Part shown: positions 40,001 to 60,154 of the stretch, piece by piece
How the letters are laid out: every line of letters begins with the position of its first letter
Position numbering within the stretch: position 1 is the stretch's first letter
Assembly (NCBI GenBank): GCA_002104945.1
Contig: MCFH01000070.1
Location: 124,001 to 188,000 of the forward strand
DNA: 64,000 bases
Source of the DNA: Piromyces finnis finn
Taxonomy: Eukaryota; Fungi; Neocallimastigomycota
Reading direction: 5' to 3'
Translations under genes and position numbers: made by a program
The notes under the pieces: generated by a model
Seen by the model: the letters and a program-made list of their open reading frames with translations, nothing else
Database searches by the model: none
What the model was told of the DNA's origin: nothing

Positions 40001-40251
40001 CTATAGTTATTGCCATTATCATTGTATTGATATGCTGGAGAGTTATTCGTATTAATATTAGCATTGTAATACATATTATTATTTTGATTTATTGGCATTG
40101 GCATTGGCATTCCAAATGTGGGTGCGGAAGGTGAATAATTTGTATTTATGCTATCATTCATCTGATAAGCAACATCAACAGATGGAACATCGCTTTGATC
40201 TTCATCATTGTTAGTAGGAGCTAACATTGGGTATTTGTCTGAATATTCCAT
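37099..40251 (-). CDS. PNS1: Choline transporter-like (CTL/SLC44/PNS1) family protein with a greatly enlarged first extracellular loop; single exon
   Basis: ATG at 40251. TM1 follows the DFIFGILF motif. The C-terminal half carries SGVTANWY, SFGTICFGSLI, YNSNAFVIVAVYGSSYCKAS and SASAFFVCFADHP, which are typical of the CTL family. Confidence 0.85.
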   Translation of the reverse strand: MEYSDKYPMLAPTNNDEDQSDVPSVDVAYQMNDSINTNYSPSAPTFGMPMPMPINQNNNMYYNANINTNNSPAYQYNDNGNNYSNNNYQPQYQYAVNEDINIQLQSQSSQNNNYNLNGTEQQPSNYGYATPLNDEEEIQAYSSQDETKSTFSAYSKSEKDRTKPFHNLPVLHHAKRKFSGDFIFGILFFALTLCIGYVGWRDRDNLTDPTTFCRFVTDIALPDDMPSTTSKVSDTFYDNCLGFVVSGDEFAEGRCFSFGVNEVVKGENNKAKRDFNSELYRRANVSDTTINTITGFYDECVKYIIDGDKSAADKCIRFAVNLFGKSENVSDKTDELLNSCISPMVNNEKSSHAKCVDYAITELIKSTGLEVEDNANSVDTGKIWELCADEQDPEACVNEALQTAGVNVNTDDITQLESQCIKPILADDDNKSVALNGCIKYGLDKAGVSTPLVTSIFNGCINQFLTAEDNTDGSDDDRSERLISASTGCLRNVALITLSSNDVLKVIEEGAKNALGVDLGLYINDRCLQKSFFGALNGDFLPSSCFLSGLATSFCKDLQKRSLDLATSLFEDTLDTLHQKLIPFTKVLVWIIISNAAIGLVWMALIIIITSKIVYISIAFSLINMSILILVNLIIQNYIGCIIISIYFVIKIFWYIFTRHKIRFASSLLRTTMTSLYRQLGPFVLAFILFILSSIWFLLIFSAFITFNKPSVVSYIVSYSVTGFLLILCFFWTFEVGKNVMAVAISGVTANWYYFTSTNPEYVIRDNHPSVHFPTIYSTGRALLSFGTICFGSLITAALRVFNYLYRKGKNTDSVILKTIILSSVSCLEYVLQVYNSNAFVIVAVYGSSYCKASVKTSKIVKKNGIQMMVNNDIIDGVMRTGKSVSSFIIGFVGFFLAFIVYKLSFFLSTVLGIFGFVYGYVMLSMIAIVVEISASAFFVCFADHPEVMAAYHPKMYKKFVKRLHKFFKDNNEAIPDILNLPTKEERKLAKAKHKAERKSKKQQMKQEKKEQKQKAKEAKKQQEMKQKSKDTVITINSSNEKVGSNDRLI

Positions 40252-41258
40252 TTTTATTAAAATATATAATAACAAATATGAAATTTACAATTAATTTAAT
40301 AGTATTAATAAATTTTTCCTTTTATTCTATTCTTAAAAAAAAACTTTAATTTCCTTTTTCTTTTTTAATTTAAAAGTATTTAATAAATATATTATCTACT
40401 ATTTATGTATTGTTTCAATAATTATTATTGTTGAATTATTTTTTTTCTTTCTTTCTTAAAAAATTAAACAATTACTATTGTTATAAATATCTAAAGTTTA
40501 ATTCTATCTAAAAAATATAATTTAATTATCTGAATTTAATAATATTTTAATTATTGATTATTATTATTTTAATTGTGCGCTTTTAATAACAAAGAGTATT
40601 ATATTATATCTCAATAAAATATACTATCCAAACAATTACTTTTGCAATTGTTCTTTTTAAAAAGATAATATATATATAACAATACAATATTATAGTTAAT
40701 TAAAACTATAAATATCGTTTTTGCTTTTTAGAAATTTATTATTTAAAAAGTTATTCTAAAAATTTTACAAAGAAAATAAATTATAGGTAAAAATGATTGT
40801 TTTTATATACCCTTAGGTGAGGCCTAAATTGGATTATATTCTATTATATTTTAGTTGATTGTTTTAAATATATGGGAAAGTATATTGGTATTGGCAAATA
40901 TTAATGGTTAAGTTTCAAATATATTATTTTGGTTTAATTAAAAATATTGATGTAGAATTTTTCCAAAAAAAAATATATATATATATATATTTATATATTT
41001 ATATATATATAATATATAAAAAAATATGAAAATTAGTTATTTGTTATTAGTTATCGCATTACTAAATGATTATATTTATAATTGTGTGAAATTATTTTAT
41101 TAGTAATATCTTTTGTTAGATACTAATAAATGAAATCATTATTTATTATTTGAATAGCATAAAACTTTTTTTATGACATATTCTATAGCATCATATAATA
41201 TTTCTTGTTTATAGATAGTACGAATAATAAATATTATATACATTTAACTCTTAAGTAC

Positions 41259-41328
41259 TTTTACTTTTCTAATGATTATAATAATAAAGATTTTTACTTT
41301 TCTAATGAATATAATAATAAAGATTTTT
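41259..41328. repeat. 33-bp tandem duplication, 2 copies
   Basis: The unit TTTTACTTTTCTAATGA(T/A)TATAATAATAAAGATT recurs with period 33. Confidence 0.8.
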
Positions 41329-43605
41329 AAAAAGCAAGTTTTTATATATATTAATATTTCATACAATATTAATTAGCAATTCTTTAAATATTCTTTTTTT
41401 TTTTTTTTTTTAATAGTTATTTAGGTAATTTGTGTCAAGACTTTTTTTCTTTTACTTATAATTACCCCATAACACATAGTAAAATAAGCATTGAATAATG
41501 GTTAATTTCATAAACTTAATTCTTCCCATTGATCCATTATTGTAACAAAAGATAAATCCTATTTATAATAAATTTTAAAGTCACTTTTTCTTATTGGTAA
41601 TTTAATATTAATTATAAAAAAAAAAGAATCAAAACTTTAATTTATATAAAATGATATTTTTATTAATTTTTATAATTACAAATATATTATTAATGTATTG
41701 TAATATATCAATTTATTAAATATTAATATTTTAGTAATTAGAAAATGTAATATATTTTTTTTACAATATTAATTTGTGAAATTTTTTTTAAAACTTTAAA
41801 AAATACTAAAAAACTGCTTGGCACTTTGGCACTACCTACTACTATTAAATGAGTTATTCATTCATTAATAAATACTTGGAAAATAAAATAAGATAAATCC
41901 TGCAAAAAATTAGTATGAATTCAAAAGGAAAAACTAGTGATACTATTTTATATCATAAACTAAAAGAATGAAACCATTGATAATATCAAAAAAATAGTAC
42001 TACTAATCTTTCCCTTTAAATTAAGAATTTATAATGATTTTTAATATCTTAAAAATTATCATTTTTTAAATTTAAATAGTAAACTAATCACCGCATAATA
42101 AATTTACTGTACATATTTTTAATAGAGTGCCACTTAAAAACAATTATTTTTAATCTATTCGTTAAATGAAATTCAGAAATATCTATAAAGTTCATTAAAA
42201 ATAGTATTACTTAATAATAATTATAAAAAAAAAATGATGAATCATCAAAATGCACTAAATGTATTACTTTATATTTACTACTACATTACATAAAAAAACC
42301 GAAAATTATTGAAAAGTGTTTGATGGATGTACCACTTTATATCACATGATCAAATCATTTGTCGGATTTAATCACCAATAATGAATAAATTTTAAAGAAA
42401 AAAAAAAGGTATGAGGCAGGCAGAGTTTATAATGAAATGAGATAAAGTATTGGTAGTAATGAATTTATAAATAAATATTATAAATACCTCAAAAGATGGT
42501 TTGCCATAAAAACTGTCTAGGTATTTAACCACCAAAAATTATTTATTTATTTATTCACTACTTTTTTGAAATTTTAATTCTATATTTATTCATTCATTCA
42601 TTAAAGTAATTTCTATTATTATATAAATATTCATTTAAATTTATTATTCAATTTATTGAAATTATTATTATTTATTCATTGACATTTTACAAATGTTGAC
42701 AAATCTACCATCAAAAAATGTAGAAAATGAATACTACATAAAAATATAACTATAATTCCTACTAGCTAGGTGAGAATTCATTTTTTAGAATAAATATAAG
42801 AAAAACTTATTGGCTAATTTCATCTATATATTATATATATTATATAGGCTATCGCGATAAATGGATGGTAAAATCCTAATATTCTTTCCTCATAATAATA
42901 CTAATAATAAACTATTATCATTACCAAAGTTTATTTCTATTTATTTATTATTTGTATTACATGAATATAATAAAATTATATTAAATGTTATTTTTTATAT
43001 TATTTTAAATGAATTTATACTCTATTATATGTATTTAATTAAATAAAAATAGATGCTTATCATATATTATAATATATAATTATTATTACTATCTTCTTTT
43101 TTAATTAATGTTGTTATACTATAAATATTATATGTGTTAAATATATTGTAATATATTGTAATTCTTGAATTCTATTGATGGATTTAATAATTTTATTAAA
43201 TTAATATTAAATTAGTTTAAAAAGAAAGAATGAAAAGAAAAAATTTTAAATATATATTTTAATCTAAAAAGTATATTATAATAAATTATACATATATATT
43301 AATTTTTAACATTTTTTATTATGAATTAATATAAAATTCTTAATTTATTTTGTTTATTACTAAAGTAAATCATGCCTCTTTTTTCTTGTAAAATAATTAA
43401 AAATATATATATTTCTAATATTTTTATATATTAGAATATACTGATAATATAATAATAATATATAGTTTATTATTATACTTTATTAATAAATTAAGGGTAA
43501 TAATAATATTGATTCTTTTTAAATGTTGATATTTATTTATTTATTTATTTTTTCATTCATTGAATTAATTAATGAGTCAATTACTAATGATTTATTTAAT
43601 TAGTT

Positions 43606-43606
<1 letters not shown>

Positions 43607-43665
<59 letters not shown>

Positions 43666-43667
43666 TT
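43607..43667. repeat. (ATTT)n microsatellite
   Basis: About 15 perfect units. Confidence 0.9.
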
Positions 43668-44526
43668 AATAAGAGTAAATCATTTATTTTATTCATATTT
43701 TAATATTGCCTCTATAAAAAAAAAAAGCATTAAATTATTAGATTAGTACTGTTTCTTTGACCGCTATCACTCTATTCATTCTCTATCTTTGCTTTTTTTA
43801 AGATGTTTCCTTTTTTAGTTTTCATTATATATTGCATATGGCAACCTATTAAAATCTGGTTTACTTTTCTATTTTATTATTACTAATAATTATTAATTAT
43901 TCCATTAATTTGTTGAATAATTTCATTATATATTATTTCTATATATTATTTATATATATTATTGATTAATTAAACATTTTTATAAAAATTTTTAGAATTG
44001 AAAATTTGAAAAAAAATTTTATATATATTTAATATTATTTCACTTTTTTTTTTTCGATTTTTTTTTTTTTAAAATTTTGAAAAATTTTGAAAAAATAATA
44101 GGCCATTTTACTCTTTATAATTAAAAATAAAGTATAAAAATTTAATTTTATTATTTCATTGTTATTAATAAAATATAGAAAATATCTTTATAAGGTGAAC
44201 TTTAATATATTAAAATAATTCTTAAAGACATTTATCAACAAAAACTATTAGGATTATAAACACTAAAAATTTTGTTTAAAAAAAAAAATCAATAAATAAA
44301 AAAAACGCAAATATCATAAAGATTAAAATAAAAAAATAAAATATACTTAAATTATTAATATTAATACATTTATACCCTAATATTATTATTAATTATAAAG
44401 TATAATTCCAAAAAAAAAAAAAGTAAAAACAATATAAAAAGACGGAAATATAAAATTAAACTTATTAAATTTAATAATATTTTTATATTTTATATTAAAT
44501 AAGACATTTTAAAATAAAAAATAATC

Positions 44527-46220
44527 ATGAAATTCTATAAAAATATATTACTTCTGGCTAGTTTACTAGTAGCAAATGCTCACTATGTAAAAAGAGATTT
44601 TACTAAAAAGAAATATGAAATATATAAAAATGCAGTACCTACTAGTTACGAACAGATTGTTAAAGATGCTAATAATCCAAATAGAGTTATGAAATTAAAA
44701 AAATTTGAAGTAGATGCAACTGAAGATTTATTTAAAATAAATAAAGGAAAATATAGTAAATCTATTATTAATGATCCATTCAATCTTAATGTACATTGTT
44801 ATTCAACAGAAGATTGTGAGAATTATCCAGCACGTATTCAAGAAGGAGCTTACTTCATTGCACAAACATTTGGTAAATATCCATATAAAAATTAAATTTT
44901 TTAAGTATTTTTTAACATTTGAATAAAATTAATAAAAAAAAAAGGCAATTATTTTAAATTAAAAAGTAATCCAATTTTCTTAGACTTTAGAACTATATTA
45001 ATAGATATAGAAATTTATTATTAGAAATTTATTATTGTTTTCTCAAATAAACTTTTAAATATTAAAATGACAATTAATTAAATATAATTTTTTTTTTCAT
45101 ATATAAATTTATTATTATGATAGAATTTTATCAAACAGTAAATGTAAATGTAACTATTTTCCCATTCTGTAGATATATGCAAAATGAAAGTGGTTGTGAA
45201 TCAGTAATGGGTATTACTTATCCACCAACATTTATATCATTATCAGAAACTAAAGATAGTGAACCTTTCCTTTACCCCCAAGCATTAGTTAAACAATTAG
45301 ATGTTGATTCTGATATTTCATATGATCCTATTGATTTCCTTATTTATTTAAATAGTAGTTATAAACCAATAGAATCACAAGATAACAGAGCTTTAATTGC
45401 AGCTCATGAAATTTTACACGGTTTAGGTTTCTTCCATCAAATTAATCCAATTAGTGTTTATCTTAACAATTATCAGAATTATTTCAATAATGATTTTGCT
45501 CTTCCACCAATTCGATATGAAGAAACTGAAAATACCATTGCTTACAATGGTTGGACACCATTCTCTATTTTTGACAAATATATTGTTAATAGTTCAAAAC
45601 CAGATGAATATTTATATGGAAAATTAGAAAAATACAAGACTCACGAAGTTAATTTCGAAATTTCAATTAAAAGACCAACGACTCAACAATACAATAAATT
45701 TATGTCTACCTTCAAAGCTTTAGAAAATGATGTAGAAGCTAACGCCGGTGGTATTGAAGTTGCAAACCTTTTCTCAACATTGAATGCAGTTGGATTTAGA
45801 ACAAAAGATGGAAAAGTAGTTGAATTACAAACCTTTGATGGTAGATATGAAAGTGCAAGTAGTATCAGTCATATCAATGTTCCATTCAAATGTAAAAGTA
45901 GTAGTACCTGTACTGTTACTAATGCATCTATTAATGAAAATTATTTAATGTACTTTACTGTTATTAGTAAAGCATCCACAAGTAGATTAGTTAATGCATT
46001 TAAAGAGTCAAAACACGAATTAGTTGGTTCTGATATTGTTAGAATTATGTGTACTCTTGGTTGGAATGAAAAAGGAAGTAGCTCTGACAATAACAATTAT
46101 AGCAATAATGTATATAGTTTTTCACAAGAAAATAATAATAGTAGTGGATCAAGACACCTTGCCACTCCATCATTTATCATCATGATATTATCCTTTATTT
46201 TTTTTATATTTCGCTATTAA
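44527..46220 (+). CDS. Secreted, probably GPI-anchored zinc metalloprotease (HExxH, metzincin-like), 2 exons
   Basis: Signal peptide MKFYKNILLLASLLVANA followed by KR. A GT-AG intron at 44873-45123 is in frame. Motifs AHEILHGLGF, SSISHIN and a downstream LM; Ser/Asn spacer and hydrophobic C-terminal tail. Confidence 0.8.
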
Positions 46221-46706
46221 AATGAATCCATATCACCCATTCTAAAATATATATTTACTATTATTTTATTTTTTTAAATAGTTTATTTTTTTTAATTATC
46301 TTTTTCTTTTGATTTCTAAAAATTTAATTTCTAAAAAGAAAAAAAAAAAAATAATAATAATATTTTTTTTTATTATACTTTTTAGTATTTATTTTCTTTT
46401 TCCTTTCTTTTTTTTTTTTTTTTTTTTTTTTCTTTAAACGATACATTAATAATGTAAAATGATATTTAATAACTTTAAAATATATATATATATATAACTT
46501 TCTTTTTAAAATTATTAATAAATAATATCTAATGAAATACCAATATAATATAAAAAAAAAAAAAAAAGTCAAATGGTAATAGCGTCATAAAACTCTGAAA
46601 GGAAAATTGAAAAATAGAAAAAGAAAAAAGAAAAAATGATAAATGATATCTATCAAAAAAAAAAATATATATATATATATATATATCGTTATGCATTTAT
46701 TTATCC

Positions 46707-46737
<31 letters not shown>

Positions 46738-46844
46738 CTTAATATAACTAACAAAATATATATAAATAATCACATTTAATAAATAAAATATTATTAACAA
46801 AAAATAAATCTATAATTGAAAGGAATATTAAAGCATCCTTTGGA

Positions 46845-46881
<37 letters not shown>

Positions 46882-47556
46882 GGGATCTTTTAACGTTTAT
46901 AAAAATTTACTTTTTTATGTTTTCTACATACCCTAAAAAAGAAAAGAATTGGATCATTTTAGGGATCCTTTTTTTTTTTAAACCATCAATTTTGGTAAAA
47001 AAAAAAAAAAAAAAAAAAAAAGGAAAAATGATTATTATTTAATATTTTTTTTTTTTATTTATTTATTTATTTATTTTTAAAATTTTATTCTCTTTTTTTT
47101 TCTCCTCTTTTTTTTTTATATTATTATTATTATTATTATAATTCATCATGACATTAGTTTTTTAATTATTTATCATTTAGAATAGTTTACTCTTTCTATA
47201 AATAATCCAATAATTTCTATATAAACATCATAATAAAAAACTAGATAAAAAAAAAAAAAAAAAAAGAATCTAAAAAAAGGAAAATAAAAAAAAAAAAATT
47301 GGTGTTAAAAATGGTATGTTAGATTTTACTGATAATAAAATCTGTAATTTTTAAATTATAAAATTTATATATATAAACTAAAAACTATAATTCTTTTTCT
47401 TTTTTGATATTACTTTTAAAAAAACGATAATTAGCCTTTTATATATATATATATACTTATTTATATATATTTAAAAGATATATATAAATAAAAAGGTTAT
47501 TGCAATGTTCATAAGAAATTAAAAAAAAAAAAAATGGAATTAAAAAAGTGGTTTAT

Positions 47557-48672
<1,116 letters not shown>

Positions 48673-50444
48673 ATTTGATTATATTTATACTAGCAAAATA
48701 ATAAAAAAATATATAAAGTAAAAAATAAAAATAAAATAAGAATGTTAATATATTTAGATTATTATATTTAAATAAATAAATAAAAAAAAATGTTAATATA
48801 ATAACAAAATTGATATGAGATTTTTTTTTTTTTATTATTATTATTTACAATTTTATTTTATTGTTTATTATTTTTGATTAATAAATATTTATAAAATAAG
48901 TTTTATTTAATTCTATTTATATATTTATTTATCGACGAATACAAATATTAAAAATGAATAATAATAATATATACTATATATTTTTATTTTTGTTATTTTT
49001 TTAAAATTTATTTTAGTATATCTACCTTAATAATACTTTTATCTTTATTACTATAAACTATAAACCATAAATTGATTAATTTTTATTTTTTTTATTTGAT
49101 GGCTTTTATTTATAAATAAATATTTTTTTTTTTTGATAATTTTTAAAATATATTTAAAATATATTTTATAACTAACTTTTAAAAACTTTTTATTTATTTA
49201 TTTTTTTTTTCTTTTTGAATTATTACTGTTATTTATAATCTTTTACATATTCTTTATCCATTATTTGTTGTTTTTTTTTTATTTTGTTTTACTTTGCCTC
49301 ATTAAAACTAAATTCATTATTTTTACATCTTCTTTAATATTACTTTACAATACTATATATTTTTAAATTTTAATTTAATCTTTTCAAATTATTTTAAAAT
49401 TTACCTTTATTTTTTTTTATTTATTTACAAAAGTTATTTTAAAAAGAAAAAGGGAAAATTTTATTTATATAAACCCTTTTGAATTTCTATATTAAAAATT
49501 AATATAGTTGCATTAATATTTACCAAAATAATATAATTATTTCATTAAATCATTATTATAATAAATTATGAATAATTATATCATCTATGGATTATGGATA
49601 ATTTTTATTATTGGATTTCACTAACAAAAAAAATATTTTTTAACTTTGATTATATTCTAATATATGTTAATAATTTATTATAATATATGTTAAAGTATTC
49701 TTTGGCTTAACGATTCAATGTTTGAAATAGTAATAATTAAATTGTAATTATTATAATAATAAAAATGATTTTTTATTTTTTTATAATTAAACTTTTTATA
49801 TTTAAATTAAAATCAATGATACTTTTGATTAAATTTATTACAACTACATATTATTTATATATTAAATTAATTATAAATATAAATTAATTTTCTTATTCAT
49901 TTTTTGCATCACAAAATAGATGACCTCTTGAGATCTATAGACCGACGACGAATGTTTATTTTTAAATGCTAATGTATTATAATGTAATGTAATGTTTTTT
50001 AAAAAATGTATTTTTATTTTAATTAATTTTTCATCCATCCATTGTGATATTTACCATATAAAGAAGTTTGACAAAAAAGGAAAGAAATTATATTAAATTA
50101 AAATGACTTTATCCTAATTTAGTAAATACGGTGATTACTAACATAAAACATTTTTAATCAATTACAATAAATACAAATATATATAAATATTATATTATAA
50201 CGATAAATAAATGTGTCTTCAAACATTTCTCATTAGTTTACCTATTTTTAATTTAAGCAAAGTTAAATTTATTACAATCTATATATTCAAATGAAAAAAA
50301 AAAAAAAAAAGCCTTATTTTATAGAGTAAAAAATAATTTATAAATAATAATTCAAAATTAAAATTGGAATCAAAAGAATCTTATTATGTATTAATTTATC
50401 ATTATGAATACTCTTTATTTACTTTTGAATAGTTATAACAAATG

Positions 50445-50446
<2 letters not shown>

Positions 50447-50482
<36 letters not shown>

Positions 50483-51912
50483 GGCATCAAATATTTTAAA
50501 CTTTATTATTAATTTAATTAAAATTATAATACATGTAATAAAAAATTAAAAATAAATAAAAATAAAAAAAATATGTTTAAATAAACACAAATGAATAAAA
50601 ATTGGGTATAATGTATTCTAGTAATTTTAATTAAAGTAAGAAAGCCACTATCATACTAAAGTATAATAATTGTATTTGACTTCCAATGGGACACCGAGCC
50701 AAAGATCAAAATTTTGTCATGGAACAAAATTATGATCTCCATTGGTTGCGCTGGCCCTCCTGGCCTGTCTTACTGTTTCTTCAGCATTGACGCTCTTGGA
50801 TGTTGCTTCAAACCTTTTGAACATTGACCATTGCTGGCCAATAGCAAAAGGCATGATTTTGGTTAGAAGTTCCGCGGTTACCGTCAAGAATGGTGTTCCT
50901 TCATTAGTACCAGATTGAATCTGACGCTTACAAAGTTCTTTCCATTCCCTTGAATTGTAATTAATATTGTTAAAACTTCTTCCCCCAAGAAGGAATTTAA
51001 ATATTTTACTGCACACACTAGAATAATCATACACATTAATATTCACCGGATTATTAGAACTATTACTATCATTAACTAAATTACTATCTAAATTAGAATT
51101 ATTATCTTCACTATTGCTATCATTATTAATATTATTATTTCTATTACTACTATTGTTATTATTACTATTTCTATTATTACTATTACTACTATTGTTATTA
51201 TTACTATTGTTATTATTACTATTGTTATTATTATTATTGTTACTATTACTATTACTGTTATTGCTATCTCTACTGACATTATCAATTTCATTATTATTGA
51301 TAGGACTATTGGAATTACGTTGACTGAAAAAATTTAATAGCTGGACTATGGAATCATAATGTTTAATACGGATATCTCTAAATGTTGGACAATCTAATAA
51401 CCAATGTTTAATACTTTGATCTCCACACTTGCAACATGGACAGTAGTTAGGACAAACTGGATCAACAAATTTAGCAGCTTTGGCAACTCTAGCATCCAAC
51501 TTGTATCCGCTTCTTGCTTTCAATAGCCAGTAGAAGCCATAGGCAAACTCTGGGTATTCATAACATAATTTAATAAAATCTTTAGTTTCAATAAATTTAT
51601 TATCATCATAATATTGCGCTTTGATTGAATTCCCTTTGAGATCTTTCCAATAAAAGTTTTTAACTGCTTTAACATCCCCATGTTTCTTTAGTTTTTTATC
51701 AAGTGTCCTACTTGATTTGCACCACGTGTATTTTCTAAATTTAGGAATGTAATTGACAAGGTGTGAGATAATACAATTTGAGTTTTTCCATTTGTTAAAA
51801 CATCTAACCTGAGCTAACGCACATTTGGCTGACAATGGAGGAATATTCAAATCTTTTGAGATAGAGTATAAAGATATAAACGATACGGCTTTATGAACTC
51901 CGGCAATCCATC
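50447..51912 (-). mobile_element. 5'-truncated copy 2 of the same LINE family
   Basis: T33 run at 50447-50479 (poly(A) on the minus strand). The 3' UTR and the last ~400 codons are nearly identical to copy 1 from ~6208 onward. No clear TSD. Confidence 0.95.
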
Positions 51913-52394
51913 ACAGACAAAACGGCATGTTAAAACATGCTTTTTTTTAACCAGATTTATTGATGGAGAGTTTAGAATTCGCTCTTGAAACGCCCATATA
52001 TAAACTTTAATTTTTGAATAGGTATAAAATCAATGATAAAAAACTTTTAAATTATAACATTTCTTAACAAAAAACCTTTTATCCATCTTTGATATATACA
52101 TCCAATAATATAACACTTCCAATTTTTTTTAAAAACTTATACGTTATAAAAATTAAAAACACAAAATTATAATAATTTTTTGATTTATATTTATTTCTTT
52201 AATTTTTTTATTTTTTATTTGCTTTGCATTTCTTTTTTTAATATTTGTTATTTTTGTTATTTGTTACATTCTTATTTTTTATTTGTATCTATTCTTTTGT
52301 TGTTTTGTTTTTATTTTTCTTCTTATGTAATGATTTTAGTAATACTTATTTATTACTACTTCAAATTTAGCACACTTTGTAGATGTTAAATTTT

Positions 52395-52499
52395 TTAACA
52401 AATAGTACAGCATGATAAACTAGAGGAACCTATAACTGGTTCAGAGTTTGTTGGTTTTGATTCATTATTTAAAGCACTTGAAGCACTTTGATCCTGGCT
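52395..52499 (-). other. Putative cryptic in-frame C-terminal extension of TPI ending in a CaaX motif (SQDQSASSALNNESKPTNSEPVIGSSSLSCCTIC*)
   Basis: 34 open codons directly after the TPI TAA. 36 of 102 nt are G/C, with only 5 of 34 third positions G/C, which is a coding-like pattern. Confidence 0.55.
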
Positions 52500-53538
<1,039 letters not shown>

Positions 53539-53659
53539 TTTATTAATAAATATTTATAATTTTATAATGTTATAAAATTTAAGTGTGAAGAAAAAAAAAT
53601 TTAGATCTCATTCCTTAGTATATATATTTTGAAAAAAAATTTTCAAACAAACTTTAAAT

Positions 53660-53670
53660 TGATTGGATAA
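53660..53670 (-). promoter_or_regulatory. Candidate CCAAT-box element TTATCCAATCA upstream of TPI1
   Basis: 122 bp upstream of the ATG. The same 11-mer occurs at 63324-63334 and 29790-29800. Confidence 0.35.
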
Positions 53671-55095
53671 TATTTACTTCATTATTTTTAAAATGTATTT
53701 TTTATCATTTTTGCATATTAAATATTATTGGATTAATGTATAACTTAATATATTAAGAATAAAATAGTAATATATTATTTTAAATACTTTAAATATTATT
53801 TATTAGAAAAGAAATTTATTAGATACATTTATATTAAAAATTATATATTCTTATTAAAATAATATATATAAATAATTGTAAATAAAAATTGAACTTCAAC
53901 CCTTTCAAAAAAAAAATTGTAATAATATTTTAAATATTTATATACAGAAAATGAGAAAATATAATTTTATATATTTTTTTTGAAAAAAAATGAAAGTGTA
54001 ACTCTACAACCATGATAATAACATATAATAAATATTTAGTAATACTTATTATTAGTTGTTATTAATAAAGCTTTTAATTATAATATTATTAAAGCATTTT
54101 AATAATCAGTCATCTGAATATATACTAAAAATTTAAAATAATTTTTTTTCTGGGAAAAAAACTTATTCTATCTTTACAATTTCTTTTATATTATTTTAAT
54201 AGTTGTTAACTTTAATTGTATTTTTGATTTTTTTTTTTTTTTTTTTGTTTTGTTTTGTTTTGCAATTAATTATGGCTATTAATGTTATTAAAATAGCATC
54301 TTAGTTAAAATTCTAAATATATCATATTATTGTATTTGAATTGTTCAATAAATATCAATCCTTGTATAATTATATATTTATGCAATACTTGCTATACTAT
54401 ATATTTTTATAAACCTTTCCTTTTGTTATTATTATTTTTTTGTTATTGCTACAATATAAAAATCAATCTATTGTATTTTTTATTTAATGATTTTTTATGT
54501 TCTTTATAATTTCAAAGTGTATGTTATTCTTATTTTCACTATTAAAAAATAAAGCTTTGACATTTTTGAGATCTAAAAATTTACATAATTTAACCTAACC
54601 TAACCCTATTACCAATAATAATTTAATATTTTTTTTTTAAATAAATTATTTTAAAAAGAAAAATAAAATCTTTATTAAAAAGTATTTGCAATAGAATAAA
54701 TTACAATTTGTTGATATTTTATAAATAGATGCAAAAATTCATTTTTTTTTAAAATATATATAAATAACAAAAATAGTCTTCTTATTTATAAATAATAAAT
54801 AAAATCTGTTATTAAATTATTTAGAGCAATCAATACTTATTTAATTCTTTTTTTTTTTTTTTAACAAAGTATTATTCCTTTTCAAGCTCAAACTATTTCT
54901 TAAAATCGTATTTGCTCACTTATTTTTAATGAATGAAATTTAAGAAAGAAAAAATTACACAGATATATTCTACCAAATTTTATTTTCAACGCTTTATTTT
55001 TCTTATTGAAATAATAATATCTATATTAAAGGTTTAATTGGTGTTTTTTTTTATTCTTTCTTTTCTTTTTGAAAAAAAAATTCTAAATAGTCTGA

Positions 55096-59761
<4,666 letters not shown>

Positions 59762-59937
59762 GAATATTTACTTTTTTTAAAAAATATATAATTTCTTTAT
59801 ACTAATTAAAATCGTAAATAAATAAAAAATCTTTTCCATTTTTTTTCTTTTCTATTAAAACTAACTATACAAAATAAAATCTTTCTAAAAAAAAAAAATT
59901 ATAAATATATATATTTATTTTATTTATTTATTTATTT

Positions 59938-59983
<46 letters not shown>

Positions 59984-60154
59984 TGATATGTAAATATTTA
60001 TATAATGTTTTCTAAAATTATTAAAAATGAAAGTAATCTAAAAATTTTTGTAATAAATAGTTTATATTATATATATCGTGTGTTTTATCACTTATTCATA
60101 AAATATTAAATGAAATAAAATGGTAGTACACGTGAATATCTATTACCATTTCAT

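Noticed and set aside
51088-51323. Short poly-Ile and poly-Leu ORFs
   Set aside because: Shadow frames of the Asn/Ser tract in LINE copy 2.
51999-52035. TTTTGAATAGGTATAAAA as a possible TSD partner of TTTTGAATAGTTATAACA at ~50424
   Set aside because: Mismatched, not adjacent to either element end, and AT-rich enough to arise by chance.
54590-54607. TAACC-TAACC-TAACCC telomere-like repeat
   Set aside because: Only three units in AT-rich intergenic DNA; too short to call an interstitial telomere.
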